A stretch of 64,000 nt of DNA, from contig JBJOEZ010000023.1 in assembly GCA_046048995.1 (NCBI GenBank), forward strand, positions 475 through 64,474, in the 5' to 3' direction. The notes under the pieces are model-generated. The model was given only the letters and a program-made list of their open reading frames with translations, did no database searches and was not told the origin of the DNA. Position 1 is the first letter of the stretch; each line of letters opens with the position of its first letter. Below, piece by piece: positions 46,901 to 55,742 of the stretch. Source of the DNA: Verrucomicrobiota bacterium (GTDB taxonomy: Bacteria > Verrucomicrobiota > Verrucomicrobiia > Limisphaerales > JADJPG01). Made by a program: the position numbers and the translations under genes.

Positions 46901-47536
46901 GCCAGCCGCGCCACCTGGAGCCGCGACCTCCTCGGCCTGATCGAGCGCGGGACTCTCCCGGCGGCCGACCTCCCGGCAGACGCCGTGCAGCGCCTGCGCC
47001 AGCACCAGGATCCCGTGGTCGCCGCGCGCGCGCAACGCCTGCTGCCCGGGCGCGCCGACCTCCGCCCGGACACCCGCGCCGCCATCGCCCGCATTGAATC
47101 CGTCCTGCGCGCCGGCCCGGGCAATCCCTACGCGGGCGAACCCCTGTTCACCGCGCGCTGCGCCGCCTGCCACCAACTCTTCCACAAGGGGGGCCGCATC
47201 GGCCCCAACCTCACCGCCTACCAGCGCGACGACCTCGGCACGCTCCTGCCCAGCCTGCTCGATCCCAACGCCGAGATCCGGGAGGGCTATGTCAATTACC
47301 TGGTGGAAACCCGGGACGGCCGCTCGCTCTCCGGCTTCCTCGCCGACCAGGACGCCCACGTCGTGGTGTTGCGGGGCTTCGACGGCCAGGACGTTCCGCT
47401 GCGCCGGGAGGAGATCCAATCCATGGAACGCGCCGCCGCCAGCCTCATGCCGGCCGGCCTGCTCGACGGCCTGACCGACCAGCAACTGCGCGATTTCTTC
47501 GCCTACCTGCGCATTCCCCAGCCGATGACCCGCTGA
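43961..47536 (+). CDS. PVC-type heme-binding CxxCH protein (membrane-bound dehydrogenase-like N-domain, HEAT repeats, C-terminal cytochrome c)
   Basis: 1191 aa with a signal peptide. The beta-propeller/dehydrogenase-like region ([16 protein letters not shown]), central HEAT-like repeats ([14 protein letters not shown]...) and C-terminal [12 protein letters not shown] match the architecture common in Planctomycetota/Verrucomicrobiota. Confidence 0.85.
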   Translation: MADPRPPLNRALGFLAALALGLATTRAADWQPVAVPAPAPPPPGTSPVIYRCFLRVPDNMTSRAPVDLWTDSALFSLADLPGRFTLLLNGQPIAAGDGLPADPPRRFKIPKGILERKAFNVLALRLEGAAAHGLRAAPILHGYHDELVLEGTWERLAGEAAPADLRAVTNRPARAVFTEAQFREASTALAPNAELVRGQRRPPAETLASFRTQADLAVDLLLHEPRVAQPTHFSFDARGRLWVAQYRQYPYPAGLRMISRDKYYRATFDRLPPAPPRHDRGRDLISVHEDTDGDGVYDRHREVLTGLNMANAVLTGHGGIWVMHTPYLLFYPDRDGDDVPDGDPEVRLAGFGLEDTHSVANGLAWGPDGWIYGAQGSTTTSRITRPGSDPPGAPGVYFESCMVWRYHPDTRAYEIFAEGGGNNFGLEFDAEGRLFSGHNGGETRGWHFVQHGIYLKQGKDPGKFGPPTNPYAFGELGFLRTTNRIPRFSHYFAIAGGPALPAAYHGHYFNLDPLHRSIILSAPARAGSTFTTLDTGLALESSDPAFRPVYAAGAPDGSLYVADFYEEYIAHGQNYQGQIDPDSGRLYRLRGAQATLEKDIRLADKSSPDLVALLSHPNPWHRRTAVRLLGERRDPATRAALRRLLDSATAVHPALESLWALHQCGWLDEPTALAALAHPAAPVRAWAIRLSGDARQLSPPFLAAVQARLATEPDAEVRGQAASTARRLPARQALPLIDTLLRRDADAQDAFIPLLCWFALEQHGDTSRDDVLRLFGALTSSSLQGERPGVRGESVRGATPSPLWSSTLARQHILPRLMRRGAAKGTRADLLACAALFRSAPDAAARQLLLSAFEQAFQGRALPPLPVELADALADAGQPSLVFALRRGDTAAITQGLRVLQDTQAPLQERLQLVRTLGEIAVPGAGTALLAVARTEGDAGLRAAALAALSRYDAPAIGTAVATAYPQLPSALRSAAQNLLASRATWSRDLLGLIERGTLPAADLPADAVQRLRQHQDPVVAARAQRLLPGRADLRPDTRAAIARIESVLRAGPGNPYAGEPLFTARCAACHQLFHKGGRIGPNLTAYQRDDLGTLLPSLLDPNAEIREGYVNYLVETRDGRSLSGFLADQDAHVVVLRGFDGQDVPLRREEIQSMERAAASLMPAGLLDGLTDQQLRDFFAYLRIPQPMTR

Positions 47537-47601
47537 GGCGGCCGACGCGCGGGAATCCCTTCCTTGTTTCCCATCGGCGCCTGGATCACTAAACTCCCCC
47601 C

Positions 47602-48468
47602 ATGCGTGTCATTACCGACGAACGGTGCACGGGCTATGCGGCCGTCGGACATCCGGAACGGCCGGCGCGGGTGGGCAAGACGCTGGAGTTGCTGCGCACC
47701 CAGACGGAGCTGCCGGTGACCTGGGGCGAGCCGGCGGCGGCGCCGGACGAGGCGATCCTGCGCGCGCACACCGCGGAACTGCTGGGGCGCGTGAAGGCGG
47801 CGGCCGAGGCGTTCGACGGGGACACCCCGGCGCACGACGGCATCCATGACCACGCCCGCCGCTCGGTGGGCGGCGCGCTGGCCGCGCTGGCCGCCGCGCG
47901 CCAGGGGCAGAGTGTCTTCAGCCTGCTGCGCCCGCCGGGGCACCATGCCACCCGGACGCGCGCCATGGGATTCTGCTACCTGAACTCCATCGCCATCGCC
48001 GCGCTCGAGGCGCGCGCCAGCGGCGTGAAGCGGGTGGCCGTGTTCGACTTCGACGTGCACCATGGCAACGGCACCGAGGACATCCTGCTGAACCAACCGG
48101 GCACGCTCTTCGTTTCCATCCACCAGCATCCCTGCTATCCGGGCACGGGCGAGTCGAACGTGGGCTCCAACTGCCTCAACTTCCCCGTCGCCCCGCGCAC
48201 CCCGCGGGCCGACTACCGCAAGACCCTCGAGCGGGCCTTCACCGAGTTGGGAAAGTTCAAGCCCGACCTGGTGGCGGTCTCCGCCGGGTTCGACGCCTAC
48301 GCGCGCGACCCGCTCGCCCAGGAGACGCTCGAGGCCGAGGACTTCCACTGGCTGGGAAAGACCGTGCGGGGCCTCGGCGTGCCGGCGTTCAGCCTGCTGG
48401 AGGGCGGCTACAGCACGGCGCTGCCCGACCTCATCCTCGCCTACCTCAAGGGACTGGCCGGGAAATGA
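47602..48468 (+). CDS. histone deacetylase-family (arginase fold) deacetylase
   Basis: LRPPGHHA and FDFDVHHGNGT catalytic/zinc motifs, and the late EGGY motif. Confidence 0.85.
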   Translation: MRVITDERCTGYAAVGHPERPARVGKTLELLRTQTELPVTWGEPAAAPDEAILRAHTAELLGRVKAAAEAFDGDTPAHDGIHDHARRSVGGALAALAAARQGQSVFSLLRPPGHHATRTRAMGFCYLNSIAIAALEARASGVKRVAVFDFDVHHGNGTEDILLNQPGTLFVSIHQHPCYPGTGESNVGSNCLNFPVAPRTPRADYRKTLERAFTELGKFKPDLVAVSAGFDAYARDPLAQETLEAEDFHWLGKTVRGLGVPAFSLLEGGYSTALPDLILAYLKGLAGK

Positions 48469-48481
48469 TCCCGGGGCCGGC

Positions 48482-49705
48482 TCAACGCTTCCCCTGCAGC
48501 CAGCGGCCGCCGTGGCGCTCGTAGTTGCGCAGGGCCTGCTCCCCCAGCAGCCGCCCCAGCGTCGCCCGGGTCTCGTCCCGCACCGCCGCGTTCACCGCCT
48601 CGCGCTGCTCGGACGTGAGCGTCTTGTCCCGCCCCACCCGCTGCAGGCTTTCCTGCGCCAACCGCCGGATGTCGTCCGCCTCCACCAACGCCTCGCGCGG
48701 CAACCCGTAGCGCTCCCCCACGCGGTGCAGTTGCTGGAAACCCTGGTCCTTCGCGCGCTGGTACTCCGCATACCGGGCCTCGCCCAGCGCCGCCCGCAAC
48801 GACTCCTCCCGCTGCCGCTTCAGTTCCTCCTGCTGCTGCCGGCGCGCCTCGTAGTCCGGCGCCCTCCGGTCCAACCCCTCGTCCGCCGCATTGAACTGCT
48901 CCAGCGTCCGCGTCAGCGCCCGCATCTCGTCCGCGCTGGCCTCGAACCCCGGCAGCCCGCGCCCCGCGCCGGCATGGCGCGAGCTGCGCAGGCGATACTC
49001 CTCCCACTCCGCCGCCGTCATCAACCCGTGCAACGCCTCCTGCCGCTGCGCCCGCAGCGCCGCCAGCCGGGCCCGCCGCTCGTCCGTCATCGGCCCGCCC
49101 TCCCGCCGCACCGCCCGCTCCAGTTCGTCATACCGCCCGTTCAACTCGGTCACCTGCGCCTGCTTCTCCGCCGACAGGTAATCCAGCCGCGCATCCGGAC
49201 GCCGCTCCACCTTCCGCTCCGCCTTCTCCGGGACGGGCCCCACCAGTTCCTCCAGCCGTCCCACGGTCTGTTCATGCAGGGCCTCAAGGGACGCCTCAAA
49301 CTCCTTCACCGCGTTGCCCAGCCCGCGCGCCGCGTAATCCCAATACCGACGCTGCCACGGATCCAGCAGCACGCGGCGCCGCGCCAGGAACTCCTCCTCC
49401 AGCTCTCCCCGGACGATGTCCCGGATCGTCTCCGCCGGACACCCCATCGCCCGCAGCGCCGCCACATACCGGGGCAAATCCGGCGACCGAATCTGATCCC
49501 AATGAAAGGGCTGCGGCTCGTTCGTGAGGGTCACCTCCACGCGGGAGAGTTGGGTGCGCACCGTCGGCGCCGCCGCCGCAGCGGCCGCGCCCGCCGCGCC
49601 TTCCGGCGGCCCGACCGCGGAGGAGGGGCGGCCAAAGCGCCAACCCGCCGCCAGCAGCACGACGTTCAGGCCCAGCGACAACACGAGGAGGGAACGCGCC
49701 GTCAT
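48482..49705 (-). CDS. membrane-anchored coiled-coil hypothetical protein (paralog B)
   Basis: N-terminal TM MTARSLLVLSLGLNVVLLAAGW. Conserved FHWDQIRSPDLPRYVAALRAMGCPAETIRDIV. Arg/Glu-rich helical remainder. ATGA overlap with paralog A. Confidence 0.7.
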   Translation of the reverse strand: MTARSLLVLSLGLNVVLLAAGWRFGRPSSAVGPPEGAAGAAAAAAAPTVRTQLSRVEVTLTNEPQPFHWDQIRSPDLPRYVAALRAMGCPAETIRDIVRGELEEEFLARRRVLLDPWQRRYWDYAARGLGNAVKEFEASLEALHEQTVGRLEELVGPVPEKAERKVERRPDARLDYLSAEKQAQVTELNGRYDELERAVRREGGPMTDERRARLAALRAQRQEALHGLMTAAEWEEYRLRSSRHAGAGRGLPGFEASADEMRALTRTLEQFNAADEGLDRRAPDYEARRQQQEELKRQREESLRAALGEARYAEYQRAKDQGFQQLHRVGERYGLPREALVEADDIRRLAQESLQRVGRDKTLTSEQREAVNAAVRDETRATLGRLLGEQALRNYERHGGRWLQGKR

Positions 49706-50994
49706 CGGGGGCCTTTCCGCACGGCCTGCGCCGCCGCCCGCTGGAGATCACGCGCCAAGTCCTCCACCGCCTTGGGCGCCTCGCCGGCCCCCTTGGCATA
49801 GAGGGCAGCGAGGGCGGCGCGGGCCTCGGCATCCATCCGGGCCAGCGCGGCCCGGCGTCCGTCCTCGCCCAGGGTCGTGTCCGCCCCCACTTCCCGGGCC
49901 TGCGCGAGGATGGCCTGGCGCAGGTCATGAGCCTGGATGGCGACCGACTCCGGCAACCCCGCCCGGTCAGCGATGGCCACCGCCCACTGGAAGTTTGGAT
50001 CCTGGGAACGCACGTAGGCCGCGTGGCGTTGCTCCCCGAGCAGGGCCTGGACCCTGGCCTCGAACCCGGGCGGACGTTCCTTGCCCAAACGCTCCACCGA
50101 GTCATCCTGGTCCTTCAGGTAGTCCACCAGCAACCCCGCCACCCACTCGCGCCCTTCGCCCGACCATTGCACCAGCTGGCGCAGCTCGGCGCCGGTCAAC
50201 TCCAGCCCGGGATACCGGCGGGCGGAACCCATCAGCCGCTCCTCACCCTGCAGCCCGTCAAGCAGCCGCAGGGACCATTCCTCCGCCTCCTGCGGGGTGA
50301 GCCGCGCCAGAAACCCCTGGTGGGCGGCGCGCGCCAGTTCGCGGATGGGGGCTTCATCCTCGTCCCCCAGCAGCCCCCGGGTCTCGTGGTCGATCCGCTT
50401 CTTCAGTTTCTCCAACTGCTCAAGGCCTTCCAGCGCCGCCATCGCCTTCTCGTCCGGCAGGAACCCCAGCAGCAACGGCAGGGTCTCCTCCTCGGAAACC
50501 CACGGCTGACGGCTTTCCTTGGTCCACTCGACCCCGGTCAACTCCCGCAGCAGGGCCCGCTTCTCCTCCTCCAGCGCGATCCGCCGGCCCTGCATCGCGC
50601 GCGCCTGCGCGGAGGCCTGGGCCGCCGTGGCCCAGAACGGCACCGTCCCCTCCGCGGGGGCCTGCTGCCGCGCGTCATACGCCTTCTCGATGTCCGGCAG
50701 CAGGATGTGGCGCAGGGTGGTTTCCGGGCAGCCCACGGCGCGCAGGTTCGCCGCGTAGGCCCGGAAATCATTCGTCTCCAGGCGCGCCCAGGAAAAGGCC
50801 GCCTCCACCCGGTTGGTCACGAACTCGACCGTGTGGGAACGCGCCACCCGCGGGGTCGCCGCCGTCGCCGCGGCGCTCTCCGCGGGGGCGGGCGCGGCGG
50901 GGACGGATGCCCGGCCCACGCGCGCCGCCAGCCAGCCGGCCAGGAGCAGGTTGCATCCGATCGAGAGGATGAGGATGGACCGGGCGCTGGCCAT
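49702..50994 (-). CDS. membrane-anchored coiled-coil hypothetical protein (paralog A)
   Basis: N-terminal TM MASARSILILSIGCNLLLAGWL. FSWARLETNDFRAYAANLRAVGCPETTLRHIL is homologous to paralog B. Confidence 0.7.
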   Translation of the reverse strand: MASARSILILSIGCNLLLAGWLAARVGRASVPAAPAPAESAAATAATPRVARSHTVEFVTNRVEAAFSWARLETNDFRAYAANLRAVGCPETTLRHILLPDIEKAYDARQQAPAEGTVPFWATAAQASAQARAMQGRRIALEEEKRALLRELTGVEWTKESRQPWVSEEETLPLLLGFLPDEKAMAALEGLEQLEKLKKRIDHETRGLLGDEDEAPIRELARAAHQGFLARLTPQEAEEWSLRLLDGLQGEERLMGSARRYPGLELTGAELRQLVQWSGEGREWVAGLLVDYLKDQDDSVERLGKERPPGFEARVQALLGEQRHAAYVRSQDPNFQWAVAIADRAGLPESVAIQAHDLRQAILAQAREVGADTTLGEDGRRAALARMDAEARAALAALYAKGAGEAPKAVEDLARDLQRAAAQAVRKGPR

Positions 50995-50997
50995 GGA

Positions 50998-52302
50998 TCA
51001 GGAACCGGGGGCCGGCCCCGGGCGCGGATCGATCCGCACGCGGGCCAGCAGGATCATGCCGCCGAGAAAGAGCGGGACAATGGCCAGGATGGCCACGCGT
51101 GAACTGCCGGTCAGCAGCGCGGTGCCGGCCATGAGGGCGGGGCCGAGCACGGCGGCAAACTTGCCAATCATGTTGTAGAACCCGAAGAACTCGGCCGCCT
51201 TGTCGCGCGGGATCAGGCGGGCGTAGAGCGAGCGGCTCAGGGACTGCACGCCGCCCTGGACCAGCCCGATCACCACCGCCAGCACGTAGAACTGGCGCAC
51301 GTCGTCCATGAAATAGCTGTAGCCCGTGACCGCCAGGTAGACGGTCAGGGCGATGAGGATGCCGGCCCGGGGTCCCAGCTTCTCCCCGATGCGGCCGAAG
51401 GCCAGCGCGGCCGGAAACCCCACGAACTGCGTGATCAGCAGCGCCGTGATCAGGCTGTTGGAGGGAAACCCCAGCGACTTCCCGTAGTCCACCGCCATCA
51501 ACACAATCGTGTCCACGCCGTCGATGTAGAGCCAGTAGGCGGCGAGGAAGAGGAAGACCGTGCGCAAGCGGCGCACCTCCTGGAAGGTGTCGCGGAGCTG
51601 GCGCAACCCCGCCCGCACCGCGGCCCAACCCGCGGCCGCCTGGCCGTTCCGCGGGGGTTCCCTGACGAAGAGCAGCAACGGCACCGTGAACACCGCCCAC
51701 CAGGCCGCCGTGGTGACAAAGGCCCAGCGCACCGCGGTCCCGGCGTCCGGCAGGCCAAACGACTGCGGATGCAGCACCATCCAGACGTTGCCGCCAAAAA
51801 GCAGGCCGCCCCCGAGGTAGCCGAGCCCATAGCCCAGCGCGGACACGAAGTCGAACTTCGACTCGGGGGCCACGGCCACCAGCAGCGAGTCGTAGAAGAT
51901 ATTGCCCCCGGCAAACCCCACCGTCGCCAGCACGTAGAGCGCCAGGGCCAGGCCCCAGTCGCCCCGCGCCACCAGGTGCAGGCCGGCCGTCATCACCACC
52001 CCCAGGGCCGCAAAGCCCACCAGGAACCGCTTGCGCGCCCCGCCCCGGTCCGCAATCGCCCCCAGCACCGGCGCCAGCAAGGCCAGCGTCAGTCCCGAAA
52101 TGGAGTTGGCCAGGCCCAGGCGCGCCGTGCTCACCGTCTCCGCCGTGCCTGGCGCCACCCAGTAGTCCTTGAAAAAAATGGGGAAGAAACCCGCCAGCAC
52201 CGTGGTCGCGTAGGCCGAATTGGCCCAGTCATACAGCGACCACGCCAGCACCCGGCGCCAGCACCAGGGCACGGGCGCGGAACCGTTGGGGGAAGCGGAC
52301 AT
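50998..52302 (-). CDS. MFS transporter, UMF1/Atg22-like family
   Basis: WSLYDWANSAYATTVLAGFFPIFF is the hallmark N-terminus of the UMF1 family. About 12 hydrophobic segments. Confidence 0.8.
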   Translation of the reverse strand: MSASPNGSAPVPWCWRRVLAWSLYDWANSAYATTVLAGFFPIFFKDYWVAPGTAETVSTARLGLANSISGLTLALLAPVLGAIADRGGARKRFLVGFAALGVVMTAGLHLVARGDWGLALALYVLATVGFAGGNIFYDSLLVAVAPESKFDFVSALGYGLGYLGGGLLFGGNVWMVLHPQSFGLPDAGTAVRWAFVTTAAWWAVFTVPLLLFVREPPRNGQAAAGWAAVRAGLRQLRDTFQEVRRLRTVFLFLAAYWLYIDGVDTIVLMAVDYGKSLGFPSNSLITALLITQFVGFPAALAFGRIGEKLGPRAGILIALTVYLAVTGYSYFMDDVRQFYVLAVVIGLVQGGVQSLSRSLYARLIPRDKAAEFFGFYNMIGKFAAVLGPALMAGTALLTGSSRVAILAIVPLFLGGMILLARVRIDPRPGPAPGS

Positions 52303-52412
52303 GGGGCGGCCGGGAAGTTAACGAGTGAGTGGGTGAATGAGTCAGCGAGTCACGGGCAGGCCCGGACACAGCGCGGCATGGCTTGGCAAGGCGGCGCCTC
52401 GACGGCGCCGGC

Positions 52413-53873
52413 TCAGAGCAGCTTGATCTGCCGCTCCTCCTTGGCCAGCGCCTCGCCGAGGCCCTCCACCCGGGCGCGGCGGCGTTCCATGATGTTCTTT
52501 TCCAGCTTGGGATCGTAGGGGACGGGATAATCCCCGTCGTAGCAGGCCATGCAGAAGGCCTCGGGCCCGAAGCCGGTGGCCTTCACCATGCCCTCCTGGC
52601 TGAGATAGGCGAGCGAGTCCGCGCTCAGGTAGCGCCGAATCTCATCCGTGGAATGGTTGGCCGCCATCAGCTTGTTGCGGTCGGGAAAATCGATGCCGTA
52701 GACGCACGGGTGCATGTGGGGCGGGCAGCTGACCCGCACATGGACCTCCTTGGCGCCGGCTTCCTTGAGCGTGTTGACACGCGCCTTGCAGGTGGTGCCG
52801 CGCACGATCGAGTCGTCCACGATGACCACCCGCTTCCCGCGCACCAGCTCGGGGATGAGGTTGAGCTTCACGCGCACGTTGAAGTCGCGGATGAGCTGGC
52901 TGGGCTGGAGGAAGCTGCGCCCGACGTAGTGGTTGCGGATGAAGGCCATCTCGAACGGGATGCCGGCCTGCTCGGAGTAGCCGAGCGCGGCGTAGTTCCC
53001 GCTGTCGGGCACCGGCACGACCAGGTCGGCCTCGACCGGGTTTTCGCGCGCGAGCTGGCGGCCCATCTCGACGCGGACCTTGTAGACGTTGCGGCCGGCA
53101 ATGGTGCTGTCCGGCCGGGCGAAGTAGACGTACTCGAAGATGCAGAGGGCCCGGCGGCGGTGCTCGGGGAAGGCCTGCAGGCTGCGCAGGCCGTCCTTGT
53201 CGATGATCACAATCTCCCCCGGCTCGACGTCGCGCACGAACTCCGCATGGATGAGGTCCAAGGCGCAGGTCTCGCTGGAGAGCACCCAGGCGCCATCGAC
53301 CTTGCCGAGGGACAGCGGGCGGAACCCGTGGGGGTCACGGACGCCGATCATCTCGTTCTCGGTCAGGATGACCAGGGAAAAGGCCCCCTCGATGCGCCGG
53401 ATGGATTCCAGCAAGCTGCTGCCGTGCCCGGGCAGGCTGGGCTGGGCCATCAGGTGCAGGATGATCTCGCTGTCGACGGTGGTCTGGAAGATGGAGCCGC
53501 GGTCCTCCAGTTCCTCGCGCAGCTGCGCCGCGTTGGTCAGGTTGCCGTTGTGCGCGATGGCAATCTGGCCCCGGCCGCAGTCCACCGTCAGCGGCTGGGC
53601 GTTGCGGATGTGGGAGGACCCGGTGGTGGAATAACGCGTGTGCCCGACCGCCGACCGGCCGACCAGCCCGTGCAGGATGTCCCCGGAGAAGATTTGCGAG
53701 ACCAGCCCCATGCCCTTGTGGACCCGGAACTGGCGGCCGTCCGAACTCACAATGCCCGCGCTCTCCTGCCCGCGATGCTGCAGGGCGTAGAGACCGTAGT
53801 AGGTCAGTTCAGCGGCATTCGGATGGCCGAAAATGCCAAAGACACCACAGTAATGCTTGGGATGGGACGCCAT
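52413..53873 (-). CDS. purF: amidophosphoribosyltransferase
   Basis: N-terminal nucleophile motif CGVFGIFG. YALQHRGQESAGI. PRTase motif VVIVDDSIVRGTT. C-terminal Cys cluster. ATG 53873 (MASHPKHYCG) is preferred to the TTG at 53885. Confidence 0.92.
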   Translation of the reverse strand: MASHPKHYCGVFGIFGHPNAAELTYYGLYALQHRGQESAGIVSSDGRQFRVHKGMGLVSQIFSGDILHGLVGRSAVGHTRYSTTGSSHIRNAQPLTVDCGRGQIAIAHNGNLTNAAQLREELEDRGSIFQTTVDSEIILHLMAQPSLPGHGSSLLESIRRIEGAFSLVILTENEMIGVRDPHGFRPLSLGKVDGAWVLSSETCALDLIHAEFVRDVEPGEIVIIDKDGLRSLQAFPEHRRRALCIFEYVYFARPDSTIAGRNVYKVRVEMGRQLARENPVEADLVVPVPDSGNYAALGYSEQAGIPFEMAFIRNHYVGRSFLQPSQLIRDFNVRVKLNLIPELVRGKRVVIVDDSIVRGTTCKARVNTLKEAGAKEVHVRVSCPPHMHPCVYGIDFPDRNKLMAANHSTDEIRRYLSADSLAYLSQEGMVKATGFGPEAFCMACYDGDYPVPYDPKLEKNIMERRRARVEGLGEALAKEERQIKLL

Positions 53874-53948
53874 GGAGTGCGGCAACGCGCGGAATCCAAC
53901 AGGCGCGCCGGGCGGCGCGCAAGCTTCAAAGGTAAAAGCGTCCCCCGC

Positions 53949-54362
53949 TCAGTGGTCGCAGCCGCAGCTCGGGCCGCAGTTGCCGGAATCAAAATCCTCC
54001 GGGGCCGGCACCCGGCCGAGCTCGAAGGTCTTGCCCACATACTGCATCACCGACTCCTGGATGCGGTGCATCTCCTGCTGCGCATCGAGGAACGCCTTGG
54101 CGACCGGGTCCTGGAACAGCTGATCCCGCTCCTGCTCGAAGGCCGCCACCGTCTCGCCGTCCAGCGGCACCCCCATCCGCTGCTGCTGCTGGAGCGCATC
54201 CCCCTTCTCCACCACCGACTGGTAACGCATCTGCGCCCCCGTGTCCCCCATGAAGGTCTCGATGCGCAGGCGGATGGAGCGGAACTCGGGCGCGCCGGCG
54301 ATGGTCTCGCACAGCTCGCGGGTCTTGGTCAGGATCACGGTGGTTTCAGGGGTGGCGTTCAT
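53949..54362 (-). CDS. YlbF/YmcA-like helical protein with C-terminal Cys cluster (tentative)
   Basis: Start trimmed to ATG 54362 (MNATPETT...). Helical, with a pattern like the YlbF family (AFLDAQQEMHRIQESVMQYV). Ends in NCGPSCGCDH. Confidence 0.5.
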   Translation of the reverse strand: MNATPETTVILTKTRELCETIAGAPEFRSIRLRIETFMGDTGAQMRYQSVVEKGDALQQQQRMGVPLDGETVAAFEQERDQLFQDPVAKAFLDAQQEMHRIQESVMQYVGKTFELGRVPAPEDFDSGNCGPSCGCDH

Positions 54363-54434
54363 GTTGGATGCAGTGGCGCGCCGCCCGGACCGGGCGGGGC
54401 TCCAGACTACACCAAGTCCGCCCCGCCCGCGCAA

Positions 54435-54896
54435 TCAATTGCTGGCGGAATCCCGCGCCGGGGGAACCACCAGCGCCGCCAACGCCGCCCGCACCGCCTC
54501 GGGCAACCGCTGCGGACGCCCCTCCAGCCCCGTGCAGCCATGCACCGTGCCCGCCTCCAGCAACAACCGGCCGTCCCCCCCGTCCTCGTGCCAGATCTGG
54601 AAGGCAAAGGCCACCCGCACCCGCCCCACCTCGGCCACCCGCACCTCCACCCGAAGCGCGTCGTCATACCGCGCCGCCGCCTTGTAACGCAGCCAACTCT
54701 CGCTGACCGGCAACAACACCCCCGCCTCCGTCAAGGCCGCCAGGGGATGGCCCAACCGCCGGAAAAATTCCCCCCGGGCCCGGTCCAAGATGTCCAGGTA
54801 GCGGGAATGATAGACATGGTTGCCCAGCGTGCACTCGGCATAGCCCACCCGGTGCCGCCAGCAAAAGGGAACAAGGGGGACAGGATCATGGCTCAC
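54435..54896 (-). CDS. acyl-CoA thioesterase, YbgC/4HBT hotdog family
   Basis: VGYAECTLGNHVYHSRYLDILDRARGEFFRRLG matches the 4HBT N-terminal active-site region. 153 aa, GTG start. Confidence 0.7.
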   Translation of the reverse strand: MSHDPVPLVPFCWRHRVGYAECTLGNHVYHSRYLDILDRARGEFFRRLGHPLAALTEAGVLLPVSESWLRYKAAARYDDALRVEVRVAEVGRVRVAFAFQIWHEDGGDGRLLLEAGTVHGCTGLEGRPQRLPEAVRAALAALVVPPARDSASN

Positions 54897-55015
54897 GCCC
54901 CGCAGACTAGGCCGGTCCGCCCCCCCCTGCCAACCCCCCTTGGCCCCCGCCGGGCAGAAAACGGTCAGGAAAACTGCTTTCGCCCACCCGTCCCCCGGGC
55001 CTACTGTGCCTCATC

Positions 55016-55249
55016 ATGGACTGGCAGGAACCCGTTGCGCTGCTCCTCGTCGCCGTCACCGCGGCCGCCTTCGCCTGGCGGGCCGCCCGCCGGCGCCGGG
55101 CCCGGGGACTGCCCTGCGGCACCGACTGCGGGTGCGCCCACCCCGCCACCCCCCCGCCAGCCCCCCTCACCTACACCGCCCGCCGGGGCGAACGGCCCCG
55201 CCTCCACTCTCACGGAACCGGACTTGCGCAACCCGGCCGCCTGCCTTAG
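55016..55249 (+). CDS. small membrane protein with Cys-rich motif (FeoB-associated Cys-rich-like), weak call
   Basis: One TM (VALLLVAVTAAAFAW), a basic stretch, then CGTDCGC. The remainder is low complexity. Confidence 0.3.
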   Translation: MDWQEPVALLLVAVTAAAFAWRAARRRRARGLPCGTDCGCAHPATPPPAPLTYTARRGERPRLHSHGTGLAQPGRLP

Positions 55250-55268
55250 TGTGCGGCCACTTCTTGTC

Positions 55269-55673
55269 ATGTGCAAAGTTAACGCCTCCCTGCACCCGCA
55301 GAAGCTCCCCCTGAACAAGGGCGGGACGGAGCCCAAGTCGGATTGGATTCCCAACACCGATGTCTACGCGGCCGAGGACGGCCTGGTGGTCAAGGTGGAA
55401 CTGTCCGGCATGCGGCGGGAGGATCTCGAACTGGCCGTCGAGGGCAACCGCCTCGTCATCTCCGGCCAACGGCCGGACGGCTGCCGCACTCCCGGGGTCA
55501 AATTCCTCGTCATGGAGATCAACTACGGCACCTTCGAATGCGTCATCGAGGTGCCCGATCCCTACGAGCTCAGCCAGGCCCGCGCCAATTACCAGAACGG
55601 CTTCCTCCGCATCGACGTCCCCGCCCGCCGGCCCGTCACCAATTCCATCCTTGTGCCCATCTCGGAGGGCTAA
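55269..55673 (+). CDS. Hsp20/alpha-crystallin family small heat-shock protein
   Basis: The alpha-crystallin domain DVYAAEDGLVVKVELSGMRREDLELAVEGNRLVISGQR...GTFECVIEVP...ANYQNGFLRIDVP. Only the last 134 codons of the 1096-aa track ORF are credible. Confidence 0.85.
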   Translation: MCKVNASLHPQKLPLNKGGTEPKSDWIPNTDVYAAEDGLVVKVELSGMRREDLELAVEGNRLVISGQRPDGCRTPGVKFLVMEINYGTFECVIEVPDPYELSQARANYQNGFLRIDVPARRPVTNSILVPISEG

Positions 55674-55742
55674 TAGGGTGCCCCGGCTTTCCCGGGACCA
55701 CCCGCCTATCCGGCGTCATCCCCCGGGTCCGCCGGCTGGCCG

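Noticed and set aside
52383-55268. N-terminal 962 codons of the 1096-aa plus-strand ORF 52383..55673
   Set aside because: This part is antisense to purF, the YlbF-like gene and the thioesterase, and is compositionally aberrant. Only the terminal Hsp20 segment (55269..55673) is credible.
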